Of a stretch of DNA of 64,000 nucleotides, positions 29,405 to 39,600 are shown one piece after another. The stretch is from NCBI GenBank assembly GCA_947586825.1, contig CANPXU010000001.1:11815-75814 (forward strand), written 5' to 3'. Position 1 is the stretch's first letter. Each line of letters opens with the position of its first letter. Below the pieces are notes generated by a model. It was not told the DNA's origin and did no database searches. It worked only from the letters and a program-made list of their open reading frames with translations. The position numbers and the translations under genes were made by a program. This stretch comes from an uncultured Bacilli bacterium. Lineage in GTDB: Bacteria; Bacillota_I; Bacilli_A; RF39; UBA660.

Positions 29405-30134
29405 CTATAATATTAGACCTAAAACCGGAAGATTCTATCTCTTCTGCTAAATGATAATCTCCTGTTTTAACAATCTTTCCTCCTGATAAAATATGAACAT
29501 AATTAGGTTTGATATAATCAAGTAGTTGTTTATGGTGCGTAACGATTAATATTGAGCATCCTGTTTCTTTATGATAATCATTTATAAAGTTTGCTACCAC
29601 CTTTATAGCATCAACATCAAGGCCAGAATCTATCTCATCTAAAATAAGCATACTAGGCTTAAGGATTGCTGCATGTAAAAGTTCAACCTTTTTTCTTTCG
29701 CCACCTGATGCTCCTACATTTACCTCTTTATGAATAAACTTAGGATCAAGTTCTAGCTTCTTACAAGCATCTTCCATCTCTTTATTAAACTTAAAGATAT
29801 TAATGTTTTCACTACTTTTTTCTCTTAACGCCGTTCTTAATACTTCCATATTAGTAACGCCTTCGATAGATATTGGATTTTGCGAAATAAGCATGATACC
29901 CTCTTTAGCTATCTCATAAGTTGGTTTACCTAAGATATCTTTACCATTATAAAGAATAGAGCCTCTTTTAACTTCATAATGAGGATCATTTAAGATAATC
30001 TTACATAATGTCGATTTACCTATTCCATTTTTACCCATGATAGCATGAATTTCGCCATCATTTATATCTAAAGAAAACTCATCTAATATTTTTTTATTCT
30101 CGATATATGCTGTTAAATTATTTACTTTAAACAT
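29382..30134 (-). CDS. sufC: Fe-S cluster assembly ATPase SufC
   Basis: Walker A GKNGIGKST, signature GASGGERKK, Walker B LILDEIDSGLD, and H-loop THH. Confidence 0.85.
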   Translation of the reverse strand: MFKVNNLTAYIENKKILDEFSLDINDGEIHAIMGKNGIGKSTLCKIILNDPHYEVKRGSILYNGKDILGKPTYEIAKEGIMLISQNPISIEGVTNMEVLRTALREKSSENINIFKFNKEMEDACKKLELDPKFIHKEVNVGASGGERKKVELLHAAILKPSMLILDEIDSGLDVDAIKVVANFINDYHKETGCSILIVTHHKQLLDYIKPNYVHILSGGKIVKTGDYHLAEEIESSGFRSNIIDEDGKSE

Positions 30135-30262
30135 ACCGCGTCACCAACCATATTTTACCATGATTAACACTTTTGTTAAATACATATTTTCCTTTAAAAA
30201 ATCACTTGATAAAATATCATATCTTAAGTACAATAATAATATAAATATGAAGAGGGATGTAT

Positions 30263-30682
30263 ATGAATCGGGTTTTTGATCCAATAGATATTGTTTTTAT
30301 TGCGTTGATATCATTATACTTTGTGATACTATTTATAATCATTATTACATGGTATTACAGAAGACAAAAGCCAAACGATCAAAGACACAAGGTTATTAAA
30401 ATTGAAAGACCCGTTCGTCATAAAGTTGTTAAGATTACTAAAGCAAGTTCTAAAGCTCGAAAGAATCTTAAGAAGAAAAAGGCTAAAGCATTATCTACTC
30501 CGCAAAAGGTTACAGCAAGAAGAAATCCTGATAAAACAAATAGTGCTAAAAAGAAAAATACGCCGAAAAAGAAAAATGCCTCTACTGCTCCTAGCATAAG
30601 GGGAAAATCAGCTACTAAAAAGAGTCCTGCGCAAAGGAAAAAAGCACCAAAGAAAAACGGCGCTAATAAAAAGAAAAAATAA
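30263..30682 (+). CDS. Small single-pass membrane protein with extremely basic K/A/P-rich (histone-H1-like) tail
   Basis: TM segment IVFIALISLYFVILFIIIITWYY followed by ~100 aa rich in KK/KKK runs. ATG 30263 has better spacing from AGAGGGA than the ORF-track ATG 30257. Confidence 0.5.
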   Translation: MNRVFDPIDIVFIALISLYFVILFIIIITWYYRRQKPNDQRHKVIKIERPVRHKVVKITKASSKARKNLKKKKAKALSTPQKVTARRNPDKTNSAKKKNTPKKKNASTAPSIRGKSATKKSPAQRKKAPKKNGANKKKK

Positions 30683-30716
30683 ACCTATAAAGTATAAAAC
30701 TTTATAGGTTTTCTTT

Positions 30717-32585
30717 TTAATCAATAGCGCCGATTATATAGAAGTTTATTTCATCAACATCTGTAGCTATCGTACCAGCATGAGGGTCTTGATAAGCTAT
30801 CATATCTGAATCAAATGAGGCATCATAATACTTACTTGATTTATCAATATAAATATAATTACAATCATAGTTATTACTTTCACAGTAATCTTTAGTATCT
30901 TCTTTCATCTTACCAACAAAATCTTCGATGACATAACTATTTTTTTCGCCTCTTAGATTTTTACCAGCAATATTTTCTTGATATACTTCATTAATAGAAT
31001 AGTTAAAATTCTTAGTTAAAGTTGGTTTTTCTAAATCAAGATTAATACGCATAGCTTCAGTAATTTCCTCTAAACTATCTTTATAATAACCTAAAGCATA
31101 TGTGACCATTCCTGATGGTAAATAAACATTTAAATTATAGATTTCTAGATAAGATTTTCTAATGTTAATAAATTCTTCATCTTGCATGGCTCTTGAAACC
31201 ATATCTTTTAAAATGTCATATCCTGATAGAATTTGATCAGTACTCATATTCGTAGCAATATTATTACTTACGGCATCAAATACTTTCTTAAATTCATCAT
31301 AGTTTCTGATTTGAGCAGCTTTTTTAGCTATAGCAAGGATTATATCTTGTTGATGTCTATTACGGGCTAGGTCACTATCCGCATACATATGGCGGCATCT
31401 AGCATAAGCTAAAGCTTGTTCGCCATCAAGATGTTGATTTCCAAGGCCAATATAAACGGTTTTATCGCCCCACTGACGGTCTGAATTTTGTTCACAAACC
31501 ATGCCATTGCAATTATGACCTTGATTGTTAAAAGTATATGGTTCTTCGACAAAGACATCGACACCACCAAGAGCCTCGACTAAATCTACGACACCCTTAA
31601 AATCAATCTTAACATAGTAATCAATATCTACTTTAGTTAAATCTTCTACCGTATCAATTACACATGAAGTGCTATAGGCTGCTGAAGAATTAATTTTAGC
31701 TTCAACTCCCCCACGGCAAGCAATAGGAACATAAGTATCTCTTGGAATACTAAATAATGTAGCACTTAATGTTTTAGGATTAAATGTAGCAAGAATTAAA
31801 GTATCACCATTAAAGGCGGCATTAGCATTAAGGCCATCGCTTTCGGAATCAACACCCATGATAAGCACTGTTACAGGTTCAGTTAAAGATTTATTGGATG
31901 CTAAAGATAAATCTTTGTTCTTAAATTCACCACTTATTTCATATAATATCTTCGTTTCACTACCAATGGAGGCAAAATCTTCCTCCGAGCTATACAATAT
32001 TACATAGTTATTAGAAACAAAGGCTGCATCAACATCGCCATTATATAATGCATATAACATCTCCAAAGGATCATCATAATATTTAGTTTTATTTGTTAAT
32101 TTATTTTCTTTAATTAATCTTTTAGCTAAGATATTTCCTTCGATATTATCTTCATCTTTAATAAGACCTATAATGGAATCTTCATCAAATTCCGTTTTAT
32201 TAAGGGCAATTAAGTTGCTTGTATAAGTTATCTTATCACTATCAAGTAATCCTGAAAGCATATCTAAACCAATACCTATTATCTTAGAGCTAAAGAAAAA
32301 GATAACAATAAAGATAATAGATATTAAACTGTTTATATAAAAGCCAGCATATTTTTTATTACCAATCTTAACAAGCGAATAAAATAAATAAAAGATAAAA
32401 TATAATAGAAATAAGCCAATAGCAATATATCTTATTAAGGTTTCAACACTAGTTAGAGAAACAATATTTTTAGTAAAGAAGATAAATCCTACAAGATAGC
32501 AAATACCTATTAAGAAAAATAATAGTCTTGCAAATAATTTACCTTTTTTAAATCTTTTTAATAACTTATTCATCTTGAGCCTCAC
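30717..32585 (-). CDS. LytR-CpsA-Psr (LCP) family glycopolymer-to-peptidoglycan transferase with extended N-terminal membrane/extracellular region
   Basis: 622 aa. N-terminal TM segments. LCP core (VLIMGVDSE..GDTLILATFNPK..SIPRDTYVPI..INSSAAY..DYYVKIDFKGV.LV.ALGGV). Confidence 0.8.
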   Translation of the reverse strand: MRLKMNKLLKRFKKGKLFARLLFFLIGICYLVGFIFFTKNIVSLTSVETLIRYIAIGLFLLYFIFYLFYSLVKIGNKKYAGFYINSLISIIFIVIFFFSSKIIGIGLDMLSGLLDSDKITYTSNLIALNKTEFDEDSIIGLIKDEDNIEGNILAKRLIKENKLTNKTKYYDDPLEMLYALYNGDVDAAFVSNNYVILYSSEEDFASIGSETKILYEISGEFKNKDLSLASNKSLTEPVTVLIMGVDSESDGLNANAAFNGDTLILATFNPKTLSATLFSIPRDTYVPIACRGGVEAKINSSAAYSTSCVIDTVEDLTKVDIDYYVKIDFKGVVDLVEALGGVDVFVEEPYTFNNQGHNCNGMVCEQNSDRQWGDKTVYIGLGNQHLDGEQALAYARCRHMYADSDLARNRHQQDIILAIAKKAAQIRNYDEFKKVFDAVSNNIATNMSTDQILSGYDILKDMVSRAMQDEEFINIRKSYLEIYNLNVYLPSGMVTYALGYYKDSLEEITEAMRINLDLEKPTLTKNFNYSINEVYQENIAGKNLRGEKNSYVIEDFVGKMKEDTKDYCESNNYDCNYIYIDKSSKYYDASFDSDMIAYQDPHAGTIATDVDEINFYIIGAID

Positions 32586-33201
32586 TGGTTATAAACTCTC
32601 CTATATATAGTTTATTATCTACTTTAAAGACAGTTATTTCAGCTTGCTCGTCATAGCCTAAATCTTTAACATAATCCCATTTTATTTTTACATCATAAGC
32701 ATCATAAGTTTCATTGTTATAATCAAATGTGGTTTCACTACTTTGAATGCTTGTTATTTTTTTTACCTCAGGTAATTTAACATCACGATTATCAATATAA
32801 CCTATATAGTTATATAAAGTCCCCATTACATTATATTTATACTCATCTACATCATCAGGATATATATACTCTACTCCGCCGACATCATAAGTATCTATTT
32901 TATTTGCGATAGTATATAAATCAATAACAAATAATTTACTTAAACACTCAGCATATTTTTGATAATCTATATCATTTTTAGATAAGATAGTATCAAGTTC
33001 ATTAAAGGTATCAACCATTAATTTAGTATCACGTTTTTCTAGCTTGTATCCGTATTCACTTATTTCTTTTACAACAACCGTCTTTTTATTATTCTTCTTA
33101 AAAAAGCTATTATAGATTATAATTCCTATTATAATAGCTACAATCAAAAGAAATATGACACCTATTAAAGCTAGTTTTTTATTTTTCTTTTGCCTATTCA
33201 C
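32566..33201 (-). CDS. Hypothetical membrane-anchored protein
   Basis: 211 aa with an N-terminal TM segment. Overlaps both neighbours (ltaS end and LCP start), so it is probably co-translated in the same operon. Confidence 0.5.
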   Translation of the reverse strand: MNRQKKNKKLALIGVIFLLIVAIIIGIIIYNSFFKKNNKKTVVVKEISEYGYKLEKRDTKLMVDTFNELDTILSKNDIDYQKYAECLSKLFVIDLYTIANKIDTYDVGGVEYIYPDDVDEYKYNVMGTLYNYIGYIDNRDVKLPEVKKITSIQSSETTFDYNNETYDAYDVKIKWDYVKDLGYDEQAEITVFKVDNKLYIGEFITSEAQDE

Positions 33202-35209
33202 TTGTTGCCTCCTTTTTATCTAACAAATTATAAACAATTATTGAGTTTGAAACCTCAAGAAGATTATCAACATAAGCTTTTCTTGAAGAAATGTAATCAT
33301 CATCAATTACAATATCAGTATTAATAGGTTTAAACTCTTCTACAGAATTATTATAGTATAAAGCATTAGTTAAGAAACTACCATCAGGGAATGGAATAAT
33401 ATTATCATCTTTAATATTAAAGATATCATGACCTAAAGCATATTCATTTTTTAAGCCAAACATATTAAGAATCGTAGGTTGTAAATCTAACATACCCATG
33501 TAATAATTAACTGTACCCGTAAATACATTCTTAAGTTCAGGATTCTTAGTCCATATTATAAGAGGTGTATTCTTATTTAAACTATGATCATATGAATCAT
33601 ATGGTGTATATTCTTCATCATCTTCTTCATAAAGTTCACCATCAGTAATCTTGTGATTATATAGATAGTTTAATTCTTTACGAGTTAATTTAGCATCATG
33701 ATCACCATAGAAAACAAATATAGTATCATCAAAATAATCTGAGTTTTTAATATAAGAGATAAAATCTCCTAAGGCTTCATCAGCATAATGAGCACTATGA
33801 ATATAGTTCCCTACTGGTGTACCTTCTAGAAAATCGGTAGTTATTTGTTCATATTCACCAGTTTGTTCATTTAAAACCGTAGTAGTTTCTGATAAATCAA
33901 ATTCTCCATATTTATCCACAAAAGTAAATGGTGAATGATTAGACAAAGTAATTACTTCAGCCATATAATTAGGATAGTTCTCTTCAATATTTTCCATAAT
34001 AGGAATAGCCTGTTTAAAGAATAATTTATCATTAATTCCTAAGTTTATAACATCATCTTCCGTATAATCAAAGTTTTCTTCAAAATAAAGTCCTTGATAT
34101 CCAAGTGATGGATGAGCTTTATTACGGCCCCACATTGTCGCAGCATTACCATGCATACTATATGTGTAATATCCTTTTGCACCTAAAATCTTCATTGTTG
34201 TATTATAGTTGTTACGATAATAATTAATAAATACTGTACCTGAAACCGCAGGCATTAAACTTGATGACATCGTAAATTCGGTATCAGACGATGTACCTGT
34301 TGATATCTGAGGATAGAAATGTGGGAAGAACATTCCTTCATTTGCTAAAGCATTTAAATAAGGAGTTACTTCTCCACCATTAAATTTAAGGTTCATCAAG
34401 AATGTTTGCATACCTTCCATATGCACAAACACAATATTCTTACCTTCAAGAATACCTGTATACTTATTATCTTCTTTATATAAATTACGATCTTCAGAAT
34501 TATAGAAATTATTAAATAATTCTAAAGCATCTTCATAGCCAAATAGACTAGATATCTTTGGCTTTAAAGTTTGAACTAAATCATTACCATGGTATAAAAG
34601 AATACCAAATCTTTCAACAATAGATTGACGATACCATTGTTTCTTTAAACGCGAATAATCTGTACCAGTAGCGTTCAAAAAAGATATAGCAATTAAAGCA
34701 ATAGCCACGATACTAGTACCTAAAGCCATTATCTTGCCTCTTTCAATCTTATCTATAAAAGCATAGTAAGATGAATATGATAATTTTCGATGAATAACAT
34801 AAAATAATATAGGAATTAAGATAAAGACAATAAGCACAGGATTAAGTCTATCTAGTATTGAACCTGTTACTGTTTCAGCTTGTGAAAGCGTTGCTAAATC
34901 TCCCGCGGAAGCAAAGTTATTATAAAAAACATAATATATAGAATTAATTATTCCAAGTAAACAAAAAAAGCATAACCACAAAAAGTAATACCTAAATTGC
35001 TTTTTAGGTTTAATAAAGTAGCCTAAAGCTCCAATTAGTATAATAATGCCCAAATCAGTCATTGAAGCATATAGATTAGGAGAACTACCAATAGTAAGTC
35101 TTCTTACAATTATTGTAGCTATAAGTGAAAGCACAACATATGATAAGAATAATCTATTAGTAATTATATATTCAATCAATTTTTTATAAGCTTTTTTTAC
35201 CTTTTTCAA
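33194..35209 (-). CDS. ltaS: Lipoteichoic acid synthase (LtaS, sulfatase family)
   Basis: 671 aa. Five N-terminal TM segments plus an extracellular sulfatase domain (VFVHMEGMQTF, TGTSSDTEFT, GDHD). Confidence 0.8.
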   Translation of the reverse strand: MKKVKKAYKKLIEYIITNRLFLSYVVLSLIATIIVRRLTIGSSPNLYASMTDLGIIILIGALGYFIKPKKQFRYYFLWLCFFCLLGIINSIYYVFYNNFASAGDLATLSQAETVTGSILDRLNPVLIVFILIPILFYVIHRKLSYSSYYAFIDKIERGKIMALGTSIVAIALIAISFLNATGTDYSRLKKQWYRQSIVERFGILLYHGNDLVQTLKPKISSLFGYEDALELFNNFYNSEDRNLYKEDNKYTGILEGKNIVFVHMEGMQTFLMNLKFNGGEVTPYLNALANEGMFFPHFYPQISTGTSSDTEFTMSSSLMPAVSGTVFINYYRNNYNTTMKILGAKGYYTYSMHGNAATMWGRNKAHPSLGYQGLYFEENFDYTEDDVINLGINDKLFFKQAIPIMENIEENYPNYMAEVITLSNHSPFTFVDKYGEFDLSETTTVLNEQTGEYEQITTDFLEGTPVGNYIHSAHYADEALGDFISYIKNSDYFDDTIFVFYGDHDAKLTRKELNYLYNHKITDGELYEEDDEEYTPYDSYDHSLNKNTPLIIWTKNPELKNVFTGTVNYYMGMLDLQPTILNMFGLKNEYALGHDIFNIKDDNIIPFPDGSFLTNALYYNNSVEEFKPINTDIVIDDDYISSRKAYVDNLLEVSNSIIVYNLLDKKEATSE

Positions 35210-35273
35210 CTTATTTCCCTTCTTAATTTTCTAGAACAATTATACCAACATATAAAAAAATTAGCAAATAATC

Positions 35274-35303
35274 TTGCATTAATTTACTACTTCGTGTTAA
35301 AAT
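35274..35303 (+). promoter_or_regulatory. Probable promoter of tRNA-Gly
   Basis: TTGCAT (35274-35279) - 18 nt - TAAAAT (35298-35303), 10 nt before the tRNA 5' end. Confidence 0.45.
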
Positions 35304-35313
35304 AACTTCATGT

Positions 35314-35388
35314 GCAGGTGTAGTACAGCGGTTAGTATGTGGCCTTGCCAAGGCTAAGACGGCGGTTCGATTCCGCTCACTTGCTCCA
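35314..35388 (+). tRNA. tRNA-Gly (anticodon GCC), CCA encoded
   Basis: Manual cloverleaf. Acceptor GCAGGTG/CACTTGC, D stem GTAC/GTAT, anticodon stem TGGCC/GGCTA with loop TTGCCAA, 4-nt variable loop, T arm GGCGG-TTCGATT-CCGCT, discriminator U, then CCA. Confidence 0.9.
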
Positions 35389-35399
35389 ATAAAAACACT

Positions 35400-35429
35400 G
35401 AAATCCCTTAAAATAAGGGATTTCTTATT
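35400..35429 (+). terminator. Intrinsic terminator after tRNA-Gly
   Basis: Perfect 10-bp stem GAAATCCCTT / AAGGGATTTC (35400-35424) with a 5-nt loop, followed by TTATT. Confidence 0.6.
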
Positions 35430-35637
35430 ACTTTAAATTCAAAATTACCAACATTTTTACCACATTTTCATCTATTACATGGTAATTTTGTGGTAATTTT
35501 TTAATAAGAAAAGAAAAGTATAAAAATATTTGTAATTATCTAACAATACCTCCCTATAGATAATCTCTATCTAATATAAGTGCAACAAATTTATTTATAT
35601 TTTTCCATAAACGTAATTAGTAAAAAAAGATGACCTA

Positions 35638-36666
35638 TTATTTTAAGTCATCTTTTTTAGAAAAGTTTATATTAAATCTATTACCATCAAGGTAAAAAGC
35701 AAAAGGATATATGACCTTTTTTTCATTTACTAAATCTTCTTGTTTAATATCTATTATTCTTTCAATTGTAGGACTTGTATTAACAGTTACCATTTTAGCT
35801 TTGACTGTTTTTACAAATAAAGAAGCATTTTCAGAAGATGATGTAAAAATTGCGGAACTATATCCTGCTCCATTGTAGTTAATTTGAGCGATAGCCTCAA
35901 GAATATCATCAACAATAATAGCATTAGGATAATCTACATTAACATTTTTATTTATATAAACTTCTATATTTAACCCAGTATTTATTATCTTGTTTATAAA
36001 ATCTATATGATTGTTATCTTCGATATAAATTTCAAAGTTTTCATAGCCACTTACTATCGTTTTATTTTTAGTTTTATTTAATATCATATGTTGTAGACTA
36101 TGACTACCAATACAAACCACTAAATCAATATTAGCAAAATTAGCTAATAATTCATCAAAGTTTTCCGAAATATATATTTGCACTAAGTATTTTGATATAT
36201 TAAATTCTTCCAAAACACTTTGTACTATTTGAACTAATAATTGATTGGTACCATACATATATCCTGAATTAGAAAGAATTAATGTATTTCCTGAGATAAT
36301 ATTTCTAATTATCATCTCAATTACAACATAGGGATTACCATCATTAATAACAACTACATTACCAATATCCATTATCTGGGTGCCAAAAGTAAGTTTTTTT
36401 GTTTCATCTTTTTGTAAAACTTTAACATCACCATAAAAGGTATTTTCTTTTTCCAGATTAGAGAATATTTTTTTAACAATATTAAAATCCATTGTAAAGC
36501 CATTATTATTTCTTTTATCAATTGCATTGGCTTCTTTTATGATGGTTTCATTACTTTCTATAGCTTTTTTTATTTGAGGTACTATTAATTTAACATTTTT
36601 AATTAATAAATCTTTTTCTACTTGAAGAGCATTAGCTATTATTTTATTAATATCATTATCTTCCAT
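35638..36666 (-). CDS. ProA-like (gamma-glutamyl-phosphate reductase/ALDH fold) protein lacking the catalytic-Cys segment
   Basis: 342 aa. Colinear with ProA blocks as I recall E. coli ProA: IGNVVVINDGNPYVVIEMIIRNIISGNTLILSNSG ~ [31 protein letters not shown], and AIAQINYNGAGYSSAIFTSSSENASLFVKTVKAKMVTVNTSPT ~ AIAHIREHGTQHSDAILT..A.RF...VDSSAVYVNASTRF. The ..STCN..ETLLV block is absent. The start overlaps the upstream gene by 11 nt. Confidence 0.55.
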   Translation of the reverse strand: MEDNDINKIIANALQVEKDLLIKNVKLIVPQIKKAIESNETIIKEANAIDKRNNNGFTMDFNIVKKIFSNLEKENTFYGDVKVLQKDETKKLTFGTQIMDIGNVVVINDGNPYVVIEMIIRNIISGNTLILSNSGYMYGTNQLLVQIVQSVLEEFNISKYLVQIYISENFDELLANFANIDLVVCIGSHSLQHMILNKTKNKTIVSGYENFEIYIEDNNHIDFINKIINTGLNIEVYINKNVNVDYPNAIIVDDILEAIAQINYNGAGYSSAIFTSSSENASLFVKTVKAKMVTVNTSPTIERIIDIKQEDLVNEKKVIYPFAFYLDGNRFNINFSKKDDLK

Positions 36667-39600
36667 TATTAATACCCCTTTCTATATCCATTTCATCAGT
36701 TAGGCTAATAGCTTTAGCATACATTTCTTGAGCTTGGCTATCAAGTGATGATATATCAACATCTTTGTCTTTGGCTATTTGATCTAAAGCAAGTCTTATT
36801 TGCATTATGACCTGACTTGCAATATCCATTTGTTGCATACCATTATCAACTTTAATATTAAATAATAAATCCGCTATTTTAAGTTTATCCCCGTTTATAT
36901 CATATATAATGGCAAAGTTAGGATTCATAACAATTCGAGCTGTATTAGGATTTAAGCCATAATTTCTAGCAAGTTCTGTGACAATATGTTTAGTATCAGC
37001 ATATTCGCCAAGGTTGGTTTCTAAATAGTTTGGATTATTCTTAGTTACTAATTCTAATTTTTCTAAAGTAAGTAAAGATTTTTCCGTAAATGTTTCATCA
37101 GTATACTCAATAAAGGTATCACTATGAACTGATAAAGTTTCTCCACTGTAAGCTTTTCTATCATCACGCTCTTCTAAAATATATTGGGTTGAAGAATCAT
37201 TTGTATATAATCCTCGTGATAGTTTTACAGGTTCACTAAATGAAAGTGGTCTACTTACAATACTAGTATCAACTTTAGAATTAGCTTTTAATGACTCGGC
37301 AATATCATTATAACCTAAGCCAACGGTTATTTTACCTAGCCTTAGGCCTTCATATTGCTCTTCCGTTATCATGCCTGCTTCAAGAAGGCTTTTATAAACT
37401 TCTTCATCCGCAGCCATTAAATCTTGAGCAGCTTGTTTATATATTTGGAAAATTTCATCAGTAAAACCTTTTCTGCCTAATTCTGGATGTTCTCTATCGG
37501 CTCTAGTAAATGCCTTATCAGGAATTTCAATATTATCAAAACATAGTACATCTTTATTACGCCATACCCAGCTTTGAGCAACAATGTTTCCTTGGCTATC
37601 TCTAATTACAAATACCCTACCATTTTTATCAACCATACTATGTTCCATACAAACCTCAGCACAGTTATTTAACTCTTGGCAACAATCGGTTAATGTTCCT
37701 ATAGCCATAGCAAGAGGATCATCTAAACGTAATATTTCATATGTATAATCACCACTTACCTTTTTAGTATTTTGGCTAATACGAGGAATACTACTAAATA
37801 CTCTTTGCTTACCATAGTTATATATTTGTTGTAGAACATTAAAATCATATTGGCTATAACCCGCGATAGCTGATATTTCAGCAACTTTCTCATTACCCAC
37901 ATTAACGGAAGTATATTTATTAGATTGAATAAAGCTAATTGCTAAATCTAAAGTTAAGACTCTATTACTATTAATAGCTTTTATTTCTGAAAATTGTTTT
38001 TGAATATTAGCAATAAAGCTTATATATTCAGGATTATCTAATATTTCGTCTATATTTTGGAGTAAGAATTCTCTAAAGTCAGGATCATATTTTAATTCAA
38101 AACCACCAAATAATTGATGGGCTTTATTAGGACTTAAAACAGGAACATCAGGATATACTCCAAGCATGCTTCTTATAATATCAGTAGATTTAGGATAACT
38201 TTGGGTATTAATAGTTAAGACATATGTTCCATCGGGCTTTTTGTGATATATTTGACTAAATAATTCTTTATCATTATCAATAGAAAAGCCTTCGGCAATA
38301 AGTGCTTCTTTTAATTTAAGATATTGCTGACAATCTAAAGGCATTTCTGCTCCGGGAGCCAACCCCTTTATTTTCTCTTCGATATGACATAACTCATTGA
38401 TAACATGTTCACAATTAGGTTTTAGATTTCTTGGTAAACTTGTTAATAAATTTTGAAGTTTTTTAAAACCTTTTTGATCTTGATCAAAAGCCCCGAATGA
38501 ATAACCTAATTTAAGCATAGCTTCTCTAGCTTCTTTAGAACTTGCAAAGCTTTTGATTCGCATTAAGTTACTCCAGTTAGAGGCTGAATTCAAAAACTTG
38601 TCAGCATCTTCCAAAGGGAAATTTTGCATAACAACAAAATCAGGAATAAACTTTCTTCCCGTCTTGTCATACCATTTTTTCATAGTCGCTACATTATGGG
38701 CTTTCATCATTTCCATTACAGTTTCAGAGCGACTAATTCCTAACTTAAGAGCTTTTTCTTCTCCGAATAAATTAATAAAATCGATTAAATCTTGTTTTAA
38801 ATAATTACATCTAAGTAAAGAAGAAATTAAAGCTTTACCCTCTAAAAAAGGTAACCATTCCTTATGCTTTTGTAAAACATCAAAGGACAAAGGATAATTA
38901 TTTCCACAGTTATAAAAGAATAATTTTAATTCTTCAGGAGCATCATTACTTAAAAATAATTCTGGATGTCTACTAGAAAGGAAACCTGGAGCATCCTCAG
39001 GTTGATAATCAAGATTACCATTTATACTTTCTCTAATAATAAGATTTTCTATTCTTTTAGCTATAGCTTCAATAGTTAATTCGTTTTGGGTATTAGTATC
39101 AAAACATTTACCATCTTTTATGGTAATTTCTCCATTAAGTAGTTGGAAAATACTATCCATATATCTACCATATTCAGCACATAGTTTTAAAAAGCTGTCA
39201 TTATCAAAAGCATTTAATAAAATAAGATTCCCTGTTGAAAGATTATAAGTATTATTTGATGGATCATTTCTATTACCAAAGGCTACCCATAGATTCTTAT
39301 CTTTTAAAATAGTCATTAACTCAGGATGCTTTTTTATATCATCAAAAGTCATATTTCGATTATAAAAAGCATTAGTTAATCTCATTCTTTCATTCGAAGG
39401 AATATTTACTAAAGAAGAAAGATTAATAAATAGTTCTGGATAAGCATAAACAAACTCAGGAACTTGTGTTAGATAAGCATACTCAACTTTACCACTTACA
39501 ATTTTATTATAAACACTCTTTTTAATGGCACTTTCAATTTTATTTTCATCATCTAATTCATTTTTAGCAATCGTAATAGTTAAATCAGAAAGAACATCAC

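Noticed and set aside
30402-30599. 65-aa ORF overlapping the basic-tail gene in another frame.
   Set aside because: It is an artefact of the AAG/AAA-rich repeat coding the lysine tail. The frame with the TM helix and a good RBS is preferred.
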